Source of the DNA: Anoxybacterium hadale
GTDB lineage: Bacteria; Bacillota; Clostridia; Peptostreptococcales; Anaerovoracaceae
Assembly: GCF_015243575.1 (NCBI RefSeq)
Contig: NZ_CP042469.1
Direction: 5' to 3' (one strand)
DNA length: 64,000 nucleotides
In this document: positions 1-10,459 of the stretch, piece after piece
How positions within the stretch are numbered: position 1 is the first letter of the stretch
Layout of the letters: every line of letters begins with the position of its first letter
Made by a program: the position numbers and the translations under genes
The notes under the pieces: generated by a model
What the model was told of the DNA's origin: nothing
Databases searched by the model: none
The model's input: the letters and a program-made list of their open reading frames with translations, nothing else

Positions 1-1395
1 TTCCCATTCCACGGGCAACTACCGCAGCATGAGAGGTCATTCCACCTCTTACAGTCAGGATACCCTGAGCATAGTGCATTCCTTCAATATCTTCAGGAGA
101 GGTTTCAAGACGAACGAGGATTACTTTTGCGCCCTTGTTGACGGTCCAGTCTGTAGCATCTTCTGCGGTAAATACGACCTGTCCGCAGGCTGCTCCAGGT
201 GACGCAGGGAGTGCGGCACCGATGGGCTGTGCAGCTTTGAGGGCAGCAGTATCAAATTGGGGATGCAGCAACGCATCAAGCTGTTTGGGATCAATCATCT
301 TTACTGCATCTTTTTCTGTGATCATGCCTTCTGCTACAAGGTCGCAAGCAATTTTAAGTGCCGCAGCAGCAGTTCTCTTTCCGTTTCGTGTCTGAAGCAT
401 ATAAAGCTTGCCTTCTTCAATGGTGAATTCCATATCCTGCATGTCTTTATAGTGCTTTTCCAGGGTATAAACAATTTTATAGAATTCATCGTAAACCTCA
501 GGATTTTGCTCCTTTAGTTGATCGATGGTCTGGGGAGTTCTGATTCCTGCAACAACGTCTTCACCTTGTGCATTCATCAAAAATTCACCGTACAGTTTTG
601 CTTCTCCGGTGGATGGATTTCTGGAAAAAGCTACGCCAGTTCCGGAGGTGTCACCCATGTTTCCGAATACCATGGACTGTACGTTAACAGCAGTTCCCCA
701 TGAGGATGGGATATCGTTCATTCTTCGGTAATAGATTGCTCTCGGATTATTCCAGGATCTGAATACAGCCTTGATTGCGCCAAAGAGCTGCTCTACAGGA
801 TCACTGGGGAAATCTACGCCGATTTTCTCTTTATAAGCTTCCTTAAACTGTCTCGCAAGCTCTTTCAGATCATCAGCATCGAGTTCCGTATCCATATGTA
901 CGCCCTTCTTTTCTTTCATCTCATCGATGAGCTTTTCAAAGTAGGCTTTTCCAACTTCCATAACAACGTCGGAATACATTTGAATGAAACGGCGGTAGGA
1001 GTCGTATGCAAAACGCGGGTTGTTTGTTTTCTTTGCAAAGCTTTCAACAACTTCGTCGTTTAAACCAAGGTTCAGAATGGTATCCATCATACCAGGCATA
1101 GATGCTCTGGATCCGGATCTTACTGAAACAAGCAGCGGATTTTCAAGGTCACCGAATTTTTTTCCGGTTATCTTTTCCATCTCGCCGATGTACTGCATGA
1201 TTTCAGCCTTGATTTCGTCATTGATGGTTTCACTGTCAGCATAGTATTGAGTACAGGCCTCAGTTGTAATTGTGAAGCCCTGCGGAACAGGCATGCCCAG
1301 GTTTGTCATTTCGGCAAGGTTTGCACCTTTGCCACCCAAAAGATCACGCATGGTGCCGTTACCCTCATTGAATAAGTAGACAAATTTTTTCCCCA
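1..1395 (-). CDS. ppdK: Pyruvate, phosphate dikinase, N-terminal portion (gene continues beyond window start)
   Basis: Minus-strand translation from the ATG at 1395 reads MGKKFVYLFNEGNG...GGKGANLAEM...GGMTSHAAVVARGMG (ATP-grasp and phospho-His swivel motifs of PPDK). RBS GGAGAGAAAAAG precedes the start. The 3' end is cut by the window edge. Confidence 0.85.
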
Positions 1396-1494
1396 TCTTT
1401 TTCTCTCCTTTATATTATTAAATTGTTTATTTATAAAAAAACATGGGACAAGCCTACCTCTGCTGTAAGGTGCATGTCCCATGTTCTTTAATCG

Positions 1495-2898
1495 TTAAAA
1501 TACCAATTTATCTTCAATATATTTCTTTACTTCTGAGATAGGTATTCTTATCTGTTCCATTGTATCACGATCACGGATTGTTACACTCTTATCAGTTTCG
1601 GTATCGAAATCGACGGTTATACAGAATGGAGTGCCGATTTCATCTTCTCTTCGATATCTCTTTCCGATGCTTCCGGGTACGTCATAATCAACCATGAAAT
1701 ATTTAGATAATTCTTCGTGAAGCGCTTCTGCCTGCTCGCACTGTTTCTTTGTTAAGGGAAGAACTGCGGCTTTAAAAGGTGCTAATGCCGGATGAAAACG
1801 CATCACCGTTCTCACGTCTTCCTTTCCATTTGCATCGGTTAAAACTTCCTCGTCGTAAGCGTCAACTAGAAAAGCAAGTGTCACTCTGTCAGCTCCAAGA
1901 GAAGGTTCGATACAATACGGAACATACTTTTCATTCGTTTCAGGGTCCTGATAGGACATATCCTGTCCGGAATGTTCAATATGCTGTTTTAAATCGAAAT
2001 CAGTACGGTCTGCAATGCCCCACAGTTCGCCCCAGCCAAAGGGGAACTTAAATTCGATGTCTGTAGTGGCGTTGCTGTAGTGGGAAAGCTCTTCCTGATC
2101 GTGATCTCTCAGCTTGATGTTTTCTTCTCTCAGTCCAAGAGTTTTTAACCAATTTACGCAGTACTCTTTCCAATAAGCAAACCATTCCAAATCGGTTCCC
2201 GGTCTGCAGAAAAACTCCAGCTCCATCTGCTCGAATTCACGGGTTCGGAATGTAAAATTACCTGGTGTGATCTCATTTCTAAAGGATTTACCAATCTGGG
2301 CGATACCAAAGGGCATTTTCTTTCTAGCTGTTCTCTGCACATTCTTGAAATTGACGAAAATTCCCTGTGCTGTTTCAGGTCTCAGGTAAATCTCCGCTTT
2401 CGAATCCTCTGTTACTCCCTGGAAGGTTTTAAACATCAGATTAAACTGCCTGATTGAGGTATAATCACTCTTGCCGCACTCTGGACAAGGGATTGCCTTT
2501 TCCTTAACATACGCTTCAAGCTTGTCATTGGACCAGCCGTCCACAGTAACCGTCATCTGATCGTTATCCTTGATATAATCTTCAATCAACTTGTCTGCTC
2601 TGAAACGGGACTGACAGCTTTTACAGTCGATAAGCGGATCCGCAAAGCCTCCTACATGTCCTGATGCCACCCATGCCTTTGGATTCATAAGAATCGCGGC
2701 ATCGAGTCCGACATTGTATTTGGATTCCTGGACGAATTTCTTCCACCAGGCCTTCTTTACGTTATTCTTTAGTTCCACCCCAACCGGACCGTAATCCCAT
2801 GTGTTAGCCAATCCGCCGTAAATTTCCGAGCCTGGGAAAACAAATCCTCTTGATTTCGCCAGCGCGGTAATCTTGTCCATTGAAAATTCCTTGCTCAT
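1495..2898 (-). CDS. glyQS: Glycine--tRNA ligase (alpha2 form)
   Basis: 467-aa ORF. MSKEF...[39 protein letters not shown] is a class II GlyRS signature. Full-length. Confidence 0.93.
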   Translation of the reverse strand: MSKEFSMDKITALAKSRGFVFPGSEIYGGLANTWDYGPVGVELKNNVKKAWWKKFVQESKYNVGLDAAILMNPKAWVASGHVGGFADPLIDCKSCQSRFRADKLIEDYIKDNDQMTVTVDGWSNDKLEAYVKEKAIPCPECGKSDYTSIRQFNLMFKTFQGVTEDSKAEIYLRPETAQGIFVNFKNVQRTARKKMPFGIAQIGKSFRNEITPGNFTFRTREFEQMELEFFCRPGTDLEWFAYWKEYCVNWLKTLGLREENIKLRDHDQEELSHYSNATTDIEFKFPFGWGELWGIADRTDFDLKQHIEHSGQDMSYQDPETNEKYVPYCIEPSLGADRVTLAFLVDAYDEEVLTDANGKEDVRTVMRFHPALAPFKAAVLPLTKKQCEQAEALHEELSKYFMVDYDVPGSIGKRYRREDEIGTPFCITVDFDTETDKSVTIRDRDTMEQIRIPISEVKKYIEDKLVF

Positions 2899-2983
2899 AA
2901 ATACCTACCATTTCTACGTTTTGTGTCTTGTATTACACCGGCAGCAGCCTAACAAAATCCTTTAAGATACTGCCGCATGTTTT

Positions 2984-3592
2984 CTATTTGTCCTCTTCGG
3001 GTTCTCCGCAGGTGCAGCTGTCGTCACACTCTTCTTCGCTGCCGCAGGTGCAGCCCGAGTTGTCGCTCTTCTTTGCCTTATTGATGGCATCTGAGGTCTT
3101 TGCCTTTACAGACGCGAACACATCAGCACTTTTCGTCTTGACTTCATCAACCACAACGGAACCTTTTTCTACGACATCATCAAAGGTATCGGTAGCCATT
3201 TCACTGATATCAATGATCTCACCGTCATCCTTTACAAGCTCGATGGCACACTTTGTTCCAAATGCGGCAATGACACCTGCAACGGCTGCCCATGGCGCCA
3301 AAACAGTACCAACGATACCAACGTTGACAGGAAGGTTCATGATGACCTCATCATTTTTCTTCACGATGATTTTAGCAACATTCCCCTTTTTTATTGCTTC
3401 TTTCACCTTATCAACGATGTGAGAGCTTTGCTCTGCAAATTTATTCTTGCTTTTGATGTCTATCGATTCTTCGATGTCGATGATCGCATCCACAACGCTG
3501 CCGTCTGCTGCCTCTAAGGCTTCTTTTGCCTCCTTATAGCTAACGCCTGTACGGTCTTTGACCAGTTCAATTTTCTCTAATGTAATCTCCAT
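2984..3592 (-). CDS. DUF4342-like protein with UBA/EF-Ts-N-like N-terminus and Cys-rich C-terminal tail
   Basis: MEITLEKIELVKDRTGVSYKEAKEALEAADGSVVDAIIDIEE (UBA-like). C-terminus CTCGSEEECDDSCTCGEPEEDK. Second ATG chosen because GGAGG lies 7 nt upstream. Confidence 0.6.
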   Translation of the reverse strand: MEITLEKIELVKDRTGVSYKEAKEALEAADGSVVDAIIDIEESIDIKSKNKFAEQSSHIVDKVKEAIKKGNVAKIIVKKNDEVIMNLPVNVGIVGTVLAPWAAVAGVIAAFGTKCAIELVKDDGEIIDISEMATDTFDDVVEKGSVVVDEVKTKSADVFASVKAKTSDAINKAKKSDNSGCTCGSEEECDDSCTCGEPEEDK

Positions 3593-3608
3593 AATCTTTA
3601 CCTCCATT

Positions 3609-4361
3609 TTAAATATTTAAAAAGCTTTCGCTCTTCAACTCACTAATATCAAGATGATATGCAAGATAGCTTCGGATTATTCTGCCAAGTTGTTTCTGAA
3701 TTTCATCATTCAAGGCCAAATTTTCGAAGCTTTTAAGCGGGTTATCCAAAATGTATTGCAATATATTTACTATACCAAAATTTACACTATAAATCAATGT
3801 ATCATTCGCAATATCATGAATATTTGACCTGCAGCTGCTGCACACAATTCCCCCATCCTTAACGCTGAAGAAAGCAGGTTCTTCTTTCCCGCCGCAAAGG
3901 ACACAGTTTCTAACATGCGGCATACTTCCGGTCTCCTGCAGCAGCTTAATTTGATACGCTAGAATCAGGGTTAAATACTTCTTATTTCTTTTTTCCATGA
4001 TGTCAAAAAAATCAAGGATCATTCGGAAGATACCGGGTGCCGGCTCTTCCTCCTGAAGAAGTTTTTCCGTCAGTTCCAGCGCGTAGGAGCTGTGCATATA
4101 TTTATCCACGTCTTCACCGATACGGTAATAGCTTTTGATCACTTCAGCACTGTTGATATGATAGCTGTCTCGGTTTTTGAAAAGCTCGTACCGACCATAG
4201 GTAAATGGACGCATTGCCAAGGACGACTTACTCTTTCCTTTTTCACTGATATTTGCTCCGGCACTGATCTTGCCGAATTTTTTGGAAAACAAAAGAACCA
4301 TCCTTCTCCCGTTGACGGTCTTGACCTGCTTAAAAATGATTCCTTCTGTATCCGTAAACAT
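3609..4361 (-). CDS. recO: DNA repair protein RecO
   Basis: 250 aa with N-terminal OB fold and a C-terminal Cys4 zinc motif (CVLCGG...CSSC). Confidence 0.88.
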   Translation of the reverse strand: MFTDTEGIIFKQVKTVNGRRMVLLFSKKFGKISAGANISEKGKSKSSLAMRPFTYGRYELFKNRDSYHINSAEVIKSYYRIGEDVDKYMHSSYALELTEKLLQEEEPAPGIFRMILDFFDIMEKRNKKYLTLILAYQIKLLQETGSMPHVRNCVLCGGKEEPAFFSVKDGGIVCSSCRSNIHDIANDTLIYSVNFGIVNILQYILDNPLKSFENLALNDEIQKQLGRIIRSYLAYHLDISELKSESFLNI

Positions 4362-4432
4362 TTGAGTCCTTTTCTATCAATTTTTGATGTTGCAAAGATT
4401 CTTTTAATGCATCACTATTGATGGTTCATTTT

Positions 4433-5332
4433 TCATTCATCTTTGCGATATCCGAAGCTATTCAGTATAAAATCACTGTCTCTCCAGTTTTCCTTGACCT
4501 TAACCCAGAGTTCAAGAAAGACCTTAGTGCCAAGCAGACCTTCAATTTCAAGTCTGGCACTCTTCCCAATCCCCTTCAGTTTCTTTCCTTCCTTACCGAT
4601 GATGATCCCTTTATGAGATTTTCTTTCACAATAGATCACTGCACCAATCTTGGTGATAGAAGGTTCTTCCTTATAGCTTTCAAGTTCTATCGCAACTCCG
4701 TGCGGCACTTCTTCATCCAGATACAGTAACACCTTTTCTCTGATGATTTCACTGACGATAAAGCGCTCAGGATGATCCGTCACCATATCCTCCGGAAAGT
4801 ACATCGGCCCTTCCACAAGACGGCTTTTCAGCTTTGCCAGAAGCGCGTCCACATTTTTTCCTGACAATGCAGATGCCCCGATGATCTCATCAAAGACTCC
4901 CAGCTCATTGTATTCTTCGTAAATTCTTCGATACTTCTCTGGGTCAAGTTTATCAATTTTATTGATAATCAAAAACACCGGTGTTTCAATATTCTTTAAA
5001 AGCTCTACAATATATTTATCTCCCGGGCCTGCAGAAAGCTCATCATCAACCAAAAAGAGGACAACGTCTACCTCCTTGAAGGTATTCAGCGCCATATCTG
5101 TCATAATACTGCCCAATTTGTTCCTGGGCTTATGAATACCGGGGGTGTCGATGAAGATCATTTGGCAATCATCGTCATCTCCGTTTCTCTTGGTGTATAT
5201 TCCACGAATACTGTTCCTTGTCGTCTGAGGCTTGTCTGTTGTGATTGCAATCTTTTCACCGAGAATTGCATTCAGAAGTGTAGACTTTCCAACATTGGGC
5301 CTGCCAATAATACCTATAAATCCGGATTTCAT
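4433..5332 (-). CDS. era: GTPase Era
   Basis: GFIGIIGRPNVGKSTLLN G1 motif, DTPG, NKID, C-terminal KH domain. 299 aa. Confidence 0.95.
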   Translation of the reverse strand: MKSGFIGIIGRPNVGKSTLLNAILGEKIAITTDKPQTTRNSIRGIYTKRNGDDDDCQMIFIDTPGIHKPRNKLGSIMTDMALNTFKEVDVVLFLVDDELSAGPGDKYIVELLKNIETPVFLIINKIDKLDPEKYRRIYEEYNELGVFDEIIGASALSGKNVDALLAKLKSRLVEGPMYFPEDMVTDHPERFIVSEIIREKVLLYLDEEVPHGVAIELESYKEEPSITKIGAVIYCERKSHKGIIIGKEGKKLKGIGKSARLEIEGLLGTKVFLELWVKVKENWRDSDFILNSFGYRKDE

Positions 5333-5340
5333 TCTATCTC

Positions 5341-5401
5341 CTTAATCAATGTTCTTAATCTGTGCTCTTAAAATATGTTCGTAATCAATGTTCTTAGTCT
5401 A
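5341..5401. repeat. Two direct repeats (about 22 bp, 39-bp period) in the era upstream region
   Basis: taatcaatgttcttaatctgtg at 5341-5362 and taatcaatgttcttagtctatg at 5380-5401. Confidence 0.5.
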
Positions 5402-5504
5402 TGTTATTAATCTAAGTCTTTAATCTGTTTCCTTTATTCTTTTCCTGAATTTCCACATAAGAATTTTACGATGAAATTCCTATAACTTCTCCTCGATTTG
5501 CTCC

Positions 5505-5900
5505 TTAAAGACGAAAGCCTTCCGGCAGCAATTCTGTTATCTCCTTAACGTTAATATGGTCTTCATCTTCCCCCGTAATGATCTTTAAATGATCGCCGAA
5601 CTCAAACATGAATTGTCTGCAGATACCACAAGGATACGCCTCTCCGTCAGAGGTTGCCACTGCGATTGCTTCAAATTCACGAAAGCCTTCTGAAATTGCC
5701 TTTACATAGGCTGTTCGTTCTGCACAAATGGTAGCACCGAAGGATGAATTTTCGACATTTACTCCTGTGAATACCTCTCCGGTTGACGTCAGGAGTGCTG
5801 CACCAACTTTAAAGCGTGAATAAGGCGCATATGCATTCTGTGTCATATCTTTTGCTGTTCGAAACAATTCCCTGTATTTCATAATGAGTTCCCCCTTCAA
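5505..5900 (-). CDS. cdd: Cytidine deaminase
   Basis: 131 aa. CAERTAY...PCGICRQ zinc-binding motifs of homotetrameric CDA. Confidence 0.9.
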   Translation of the reverse strand: MKGELIMKYRELFRTAKDMTQNAYAPYSRFKVGAALLTSTGEVFTGVNVENSSFGATICAERTAYVKAISEGFREFEAIAVATSDGEAYPCGICRQFMFEFGDHLKIITGEDEDHINVKEITELLPEGFRL

Positions 5901-6179
5901 CGTTAGCTAGTACAGCGTCTTCTAAATAACTGGGCGGAAAACGCCGGATGAATTTTCAGAGATAGTTTTAAAAAACGCAACGGCCTCTGGCCTCCTTCGC
6001 AAGCGCTGCTTGCTACGCTGTCCGTTTTGCTTAGCCAAGGCAAGCTTGGGGCAAAAAGGCAGGCATAGTGGCGCTACGCCGAGGATTTTTGAAGGCTGTA
6101 TATGGAAATTTCAGACAAGTTTAATGCCTAGTTAATTTAATAACGCTGTACGAGTATGCTTGGCCAATGGCCAGGCTCT

Positions 6180-6632
6180 CTATCGCACCAGCCCGATCAG
6201 ATTCATAATCTTCTCTTCCTGTGCTCTCATCTCGGCTTTATCTTTCTCCTCAATGTGATCATAGCCCAAGAGATGAAAGACACTGTGGACAAAGAGGTAT
6301 ACAAGCTCACGCTCTCCGGAATGACCAAATTCGTCAGCTTGAAGCAACGCCTGTTCCGGGCAGATTACCACATCACCCAAACAAATCACGTCAGCTTGAT
6401 GCATCTCTGAGACGGTTTCATATTGTGGAAATGATAGTACATCCGTCACGCTGTCCTTATCGCGATACACTCTGTTCAGTTCATGAATCTCTTCTGTACT
6501 GACAAAGGTTACGCTGATTTCAACACGCTGCGGATCAACTCCCTCTTCTTTCACACAAAGTTCCGCGGCCTGGATCATATGATCAATCACAGTCTGCCCC
6601 GGCATTCTCTCATCGCTGAATATCAGGTTCAT
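6180..6632 (-). CDS. ybeY: rRNA maturation endoribonuclease YbeY
   Basis: 150 aa. HSVFHLLGYDH metal-binding motif. Confidence 0.9.
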   Translation of the reverse strand: MNLIFSDERMPGQTVIDHMIQAAELCVKEEGVDPQRVEISVTFVSTEEIHELNRVYRDKDSVTDVLSFPQYETVSEMHQADVICLGDVVICPEQALLQADEFGHSGERELVYLFVHSVFHLLGYDHIEEKDKAEMRAQEEKIMNLIGLVR

Positions 6633-7615
6633 TCCTCTCCCTCCTTCTCCGGATTTTCTTTCGCATACTTTTCATATGCTACAATAATTCTTCTGACCAG
6701 TGCATGTCGCACCACGTCGGCGTCTTTCAGAAAGCAGAAATCAATTCCTTCTACTCGGTCCAGCACCTTGATGGCATCCACCAGACCTGATTTTTTCCCT
6801 CTGGGCAGGTCTATTTGCGTAATATCTCCTGTTACCACTGCCTTGGATCCGAAACCAAGTCTTGTCAGAAACATCTTCATCTGTTCTTTTGTGGTATTTT
6901 GGGCTTCATCCAAAATGATAAATGAATTGTCTAAGGTTCTTCCTCTCATATAGGCCAACGGAACGACCTCGATGATTTCTTTCTCTTTGAGCCGAAGCGC
7001 GCTGTCCCTTCCTAAAATATCATGCAGCGCATCATAGAGCGGTCTCAAATAAGGGTCTACCTTTTCCTGCAGATCTCCGGGAAGAAATCCAAGACGTTCT
7101 CCCGCTTCCACAGCAGGCCTTGCAAGGATTATTTTCTGAACCTCTTTATTTTTAAACGCGTTTATGGCCATGGCCACTGCGATATAAGTTTTCCCTGTAC
7201 CTGCAGGCCCAACGCCAAATACGATATCATGCTTTTTAATACTCTGTGCGTAGGAGGTTTGTCCTATGGTCTTGGGTTTAATGGGCTTTCCTCTATGGGT
7301 AAAACAGAGCACATCCTTATTAATATTGCTGTCTTTATAAGAGAGTCCCTTTTGATTCAGGCTGATAACATAGTTTACCTTTTGCGAGTCCAGTATTTCA
7401 CCGGATTCCAGAATACCCAGAAGCTCTACGATTACTTGCTGCGCTTTCGCCGCTTCTTTTCCTTTTAAGATAATCTCATCCTGCCGCTGCACAATGTCCA
7501 CATCATAATTGTCTTTTATATTTTTTAAATTGACATCCAGGTTTCCGAACAATTGATCCGTGTCCTGATCATGGTCAATCTTGATCTTCAGTTCCTCCAT
7601 CAGTTGTGTTTCCAA
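6629..7615 (-). CDS. phoH: PhoH-like ATPase
   Basis: GPAGTGKTYIAVAMA Walker A. PhoH family. 328 aa. The 4-bp overlap with ybeY suggests coupling. Confidence 0.9.
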   Translation of the reverse strand: METQLMEELKIKIDHDQDTDQLFGNLDVNLKNIKDNYDVDIVQRQDEIILKGKEAAKAQQVIVELLGILESGEILDSQKVNYVISLNQKGLSYKDSNINKDVLCFTHRGKPIKPKTIGQTSYAQSIKKHDIVFGVGPAGTGKTYIAVAMAINAFKNKEVQKIILARPAVEAGERLGFLPGDLQEKVDPYLRPLYDALHDILGRDSALRLKEKEIIEVVPLAYMRGRTLDNSFIILDEAQNTTKEQMKMFLTRLGFGSKAVVTGDITQIDLPRGKKSGLVDAIKVLDRVEGIDFCFLKDADVVRHALVRRIIVAYEKYAKENPEKEGEE

Positions 7616-8834
7616 TCACAATCTCCTTTTCCATTCCGATTTTTTCCAGGGCCTCCAGCATGATCGCTACTCCTATTATATTTTCTCCCGGTGAAAACTT
7701 CAAACTTTTATTTAGTATTTGCACATTTTCCGGTAAATTCTGCCTGATTGCCATCCGAACCTGGCGGTTTCCCTCTTTTTCAATCTCTTCCTGGCTGCGT
7801 TCATGCTCTGTTACTGTAATTTCATCAATTTTAACAAGGGCAAGCGAAACGGGGATTGGTCTAACGACATGGAGCAATTTGTTCTCCTCATAGACAGAGT
7901 TATCATAATAATTGAGGATATTGGCAGTGTTCAGTTTAAAATCACCGATTTCCACACGAAACCCCACAAGACGGTTGCCGGTGGGCTTCTTAATATCCCT
8001 ATATTTTTCCTGATAATAGTTGAGCCGGTACGGTACCCTTACATAAACCTCACCCTCTGAATGAACATATCGCTCTGTTTTGTTCACATCCGGCGTTCCG
8101 TAAGCGGTGCTTTTTACCGGTACAATACCAGAAATCAGAACATCTCCAGGCTTTACATAGGTTCCAGGAAGAGCCGCAACAACACCCTCTCTTGCGATGG
8201 TCTTTTCCACATAGCCCTCTTTGTCAGCAACAATATCACATGGCTTTGACTTGTCGACCGGCTTGGGTGTAACGGTTCCTTCCGCAATGGTGACTTCTGC
8301 CAAATTTCCTATATATTTTACCCCTATCCAGGCAATATTATCAAGATCATTGTAAAGATGAAGCTTTACCGCCTTTAAATCGACGCTTTTGCTGCAGCCT
8401 TCGTAGAGACCGGCCTCTCGCAGGCTTTCTCTGATTTCGCTTTCTGTAAATGATTCATACCCAAATATTCTGATTTCAGACACAAAGGTGCTCTGATAAT
8501 AGAGGATCAGGGTAAATAGAAGCAAGCCAATAATGGTGCTTTTTTTTCCAAAGGCCTTTTTGGCAGCAGGTTTATATCCTCTCTCGCGAAGGACAGTAAT
8601 ACGATATTTGTTTTTTGCTGCCTTCAGAAAGGTCTGGTAGTCCCACTCCATCAGCGTCAAAATCATCTCGATCTCACTTTGGATATGGATGTCCTTGATC
8701 GGAATATCTTTGCGCATGCACTCACTTAACAGTTTTTGCTGTTCAAAGCCCTCAACCTTCAGTGTTACCGAATGCTCGAGAAAACTTCCTCTATTTTTCA
8801 TCGGCACCACCTTTTTTCCCTGAGTAGAATTCAA
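7575..8834 (-). CDS. yqfD: Sporulation protein YqfD (stage IV sporulation)
   Basis: 419 aa membrane protein. Sits in the conserved yqfC-yqfD-phoH order. Confidence 0.8.
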   Translation of the reverse strand: MNSTQGKKVVPMKNRGSFLEHSVTLKVEGFEQQKLLSECMRKDIPIKDIHIQSEIEMILTLMEWDYQTFLKAAKNKYRITVLRERGYKPAAKKAFGKKSTIIGLLLFTLILYYQSTFVSEIRIFGYESFTESEIRESLREAGLYEGCSKSVDLKAVKLHLYNDLDNIAWIGVKYIGNLAEVTIAEGTVTPKPVDKSKPCDIVADKEGYVEKTIAREGVVAALPGTYVKPGDVLISGIVPVKSTAYGTPDVNKTERYVHSEGEVYVRVPYRLNYYQEKYRDIKKPTGNRLVGFRVEIGDFKLNTANILNYYDNSVYEENKLLHVVRPIPVSLALVKIDEITVTEHERSQEEIEKEGNRQVRMAIRQNLPENVQILNKSLKFSPGENIIGVAIMLEALEKIGMEKEIVIGNTTDGGTEDQD

Positions 8835-9060
8835 CGGAGCGGATATTACCAGTTACAAGCACCCGTTCTTCTTCAATGAGTTTGATGCGCAGATCATCAC
8901 CGCTCACGGCACTGAAACGACTGCCATGATCCACAATAATACTGCTTTCGGTTATGTAAACAATCTTTTTAACATTGTCAATAATGCCCGTGTTCCCGCT
9001 GACAAGAAGCCTGGGCATATTGATACTGAAATCATATAACAATTCGTCCTTGACGTTCAT
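8791..9060 (-). CDS. yqfC: Sporulation protein YqfC
   Basis: MNVKDELLYDFSINMPRLLVSGNTG. GGAGG lies 5 nt upstream of this ATG, so I preferred it over the 9072 ATG. Confidence 0.8.
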   Translation of the reverse strand: MNVKDELLYDFSINMPRLLVSGNTGIIDNVKKIVYITESSIIVDHGSRFSAVSGDDLRIKLIEEERVLVTGNIRSVEFYSGKKGGADEK

Positions 9061-9221
9061 AAAAACCTCCATAGGAAAGGTGGGGCAGCGGCCTCCTTTG
9101 TTCAGCTTTTCCTCCAGCTTGGTTGCAGCACACTGCCTTACTGTACAATTTTATGTTTCAAGGCATAAAAAATAACCTGGTTGTAGCAACCAGGTTTATT
9201 TTCTTGTTATATCTATGTTCC

Positions 9222-9665
9222 TTAGAGCAGACCTTCGATGATTTTGCGAACGGCGCCGCCGTCTGCAAGACCTTTTACCTTTGGCATTACTGCTCCGATC
9301 AGCTTACCCATGTTCTGCTTTCCGCTCTCGATACCGAGTTCGGCTGCAGTAGATTTTACGATTTCCGTAATTTCTTCTTCGGTCAGCTGTTTTGGAAGAT
9401 ATTCCATCAGGATTTCAATTTCTTTGTTATAGGCTTCCACTAGGTCCGTTCTACCTGCTTTTTCAAAATCAGAGAGGGCATCTTTCCGCATTTTTACCTG
9501 TTTGGTCAGGATTGCTAAAATTCCCTGATCATCCAGTTCTTCTCTATTGTCTACTTCGTACTGCTTAACAGCTGCACGAGCTAAATTTACTGTGTTTTTT
9601 TTGACTTCATCTTTGGCCTTCATAGCCTCCTTGAAGTCATTCAGTAATCTGTCTTTTAAAGACAT
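9222..9665 (-). CDS. yqeY: GatB/YqeY domain protein
   Basis: 147 aa, typical YqeY composition, directly downstream of rpsU as in Bacillus. Confidence 0.85.
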   Translation of the reverse strand: MSLKDRLLNDFKEAMKAKDEVKKNTVNLARAAVKQYEVDNREELDDQGILAILTKQVKMRKDALSDFEKAGRTDLVEAYNKEIEILMEYLPKQLTEEEITEIVKSTAAELGIESGKQNMGKLIGAVMPKVKGLADGGAVRKIIEGLL

Positions 9666-9683
9666 ATAACTTGCACCTTCTTT

Positions 9684-9863
9684 TTAGAATTTCTTTGCCT
9701 TTTTCCTAGCCGCTTCTGACTTCTTCTTTCTCTTTACGCTCGGCTTCTCGTAATGTTCTCTTTTTCTTAACTCGGACATTACTCCGTCTCTTGCGCAAGA
9801 ACGCTTAAATCTTTTCAGCGCGCTTTCTAAACTTTCGTTTTCTCTTACAACTACTTGTGCCAT
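9684..9863 (-). CDS. rpsU: 30S ribosomal protein S21
   Basis: Not in the ORF track (59 aa). The reverse complement reads [59 protein letters not shown]. Confidence 0.85.
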   Translation of the reverse strand: MAQVVVRENESLESALKRFKRSCARDGVMSELRKREHYEKPSVKRKKKSEAARKKAKKF

Positions 9864-10039
9864 TTATCCATTCCCCTCCCTCCGTATTCTGAAGTCTCTT
9901 TTACTGTTCCCATATTTGAATGAACAGTTCAATACGATTTTCCCTGCGACGTTTCCGCCACTAGACTGCAATACAGCCTTTCATGAAAAACGGAAAATGT
10001 ATTCGATGCTTATCAAACGGAATTACCTATAACAAAAGT

Positions 10040-10068
10040 ATTATACATTTTTTTTATCTATAAGGCAA
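10040..10068 (-). promoter_or_regulatory. SigA-type promoter for rpsU (TTGCCT-N17-TATAAT)
   Basis: Minus-strand -35 TTGCCT at 10063-10068, 17-nt spacer, -10 TATAAT at 10040-10045. Leader is about 170 nt. Confidence 0.5.
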
Positions 10069-10079
10069 GTTTTTTTTCA

Positions 10080-10422
10080 TCAACCTGGCGGCCAAGTCAT
10101 CTTTCTTTTTCCAAGAAGATGGAAATGAAGATGTTTCACCGTCTGCAACCCGTCTTCACCGCAGTTATTTACCAGGCGGTAACCCTTTTCCAAATTCAAA
10201 TCTTTCGCAATCTCCTTGATCTTCAGCATCAGATGTGCAATCAGTTCGCCGTCGTCATCTGCCAGATCATCCAGAGAAGCAATATGTTTTTTCGGGATGA
10301 TCAGAACATGTACGGGAGCTTGTGGTTCCAAATCATGAAATGCAATGATCTCGTCATCTTCATAAACTGTTTTTGATGGGATGTCCTTATCTGCTATTTT
10401 GCAGAAAATGCAATCAGCCATT
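10080..10422 (-). CDS. HIT family (histidine triad) protein
   Basis: MADCIFCKI...HLHFHLLG histidine triad motif. Confidence 0.85.
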
Positions 10423-10459
10423 TTTTCACTCCTGTTCCGATTCAAGTTTATTCATATAG

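Noticed and set aside
135..731. Several 60-90-aa plus-strand ORFs
   Set aside because: They are antisense to ppdK, whose minus-strand translation matches PPDK over the whole region.
2899..2983. T-box leader for glyQS
   Set aside because: Only 85 bp separates glyQS from the upstream gene. There is no T-box sequence or terminator. glyQS appears co-transcribed with recO and the DUF4342 gene.
5900..6180. Degenerate dgkA or other small CDS in the cdd-ybeY gap
   Set aside because: All frames on both strands are closed within 50 codons. The translated segments have no DgkA-like hydrophobic profile.
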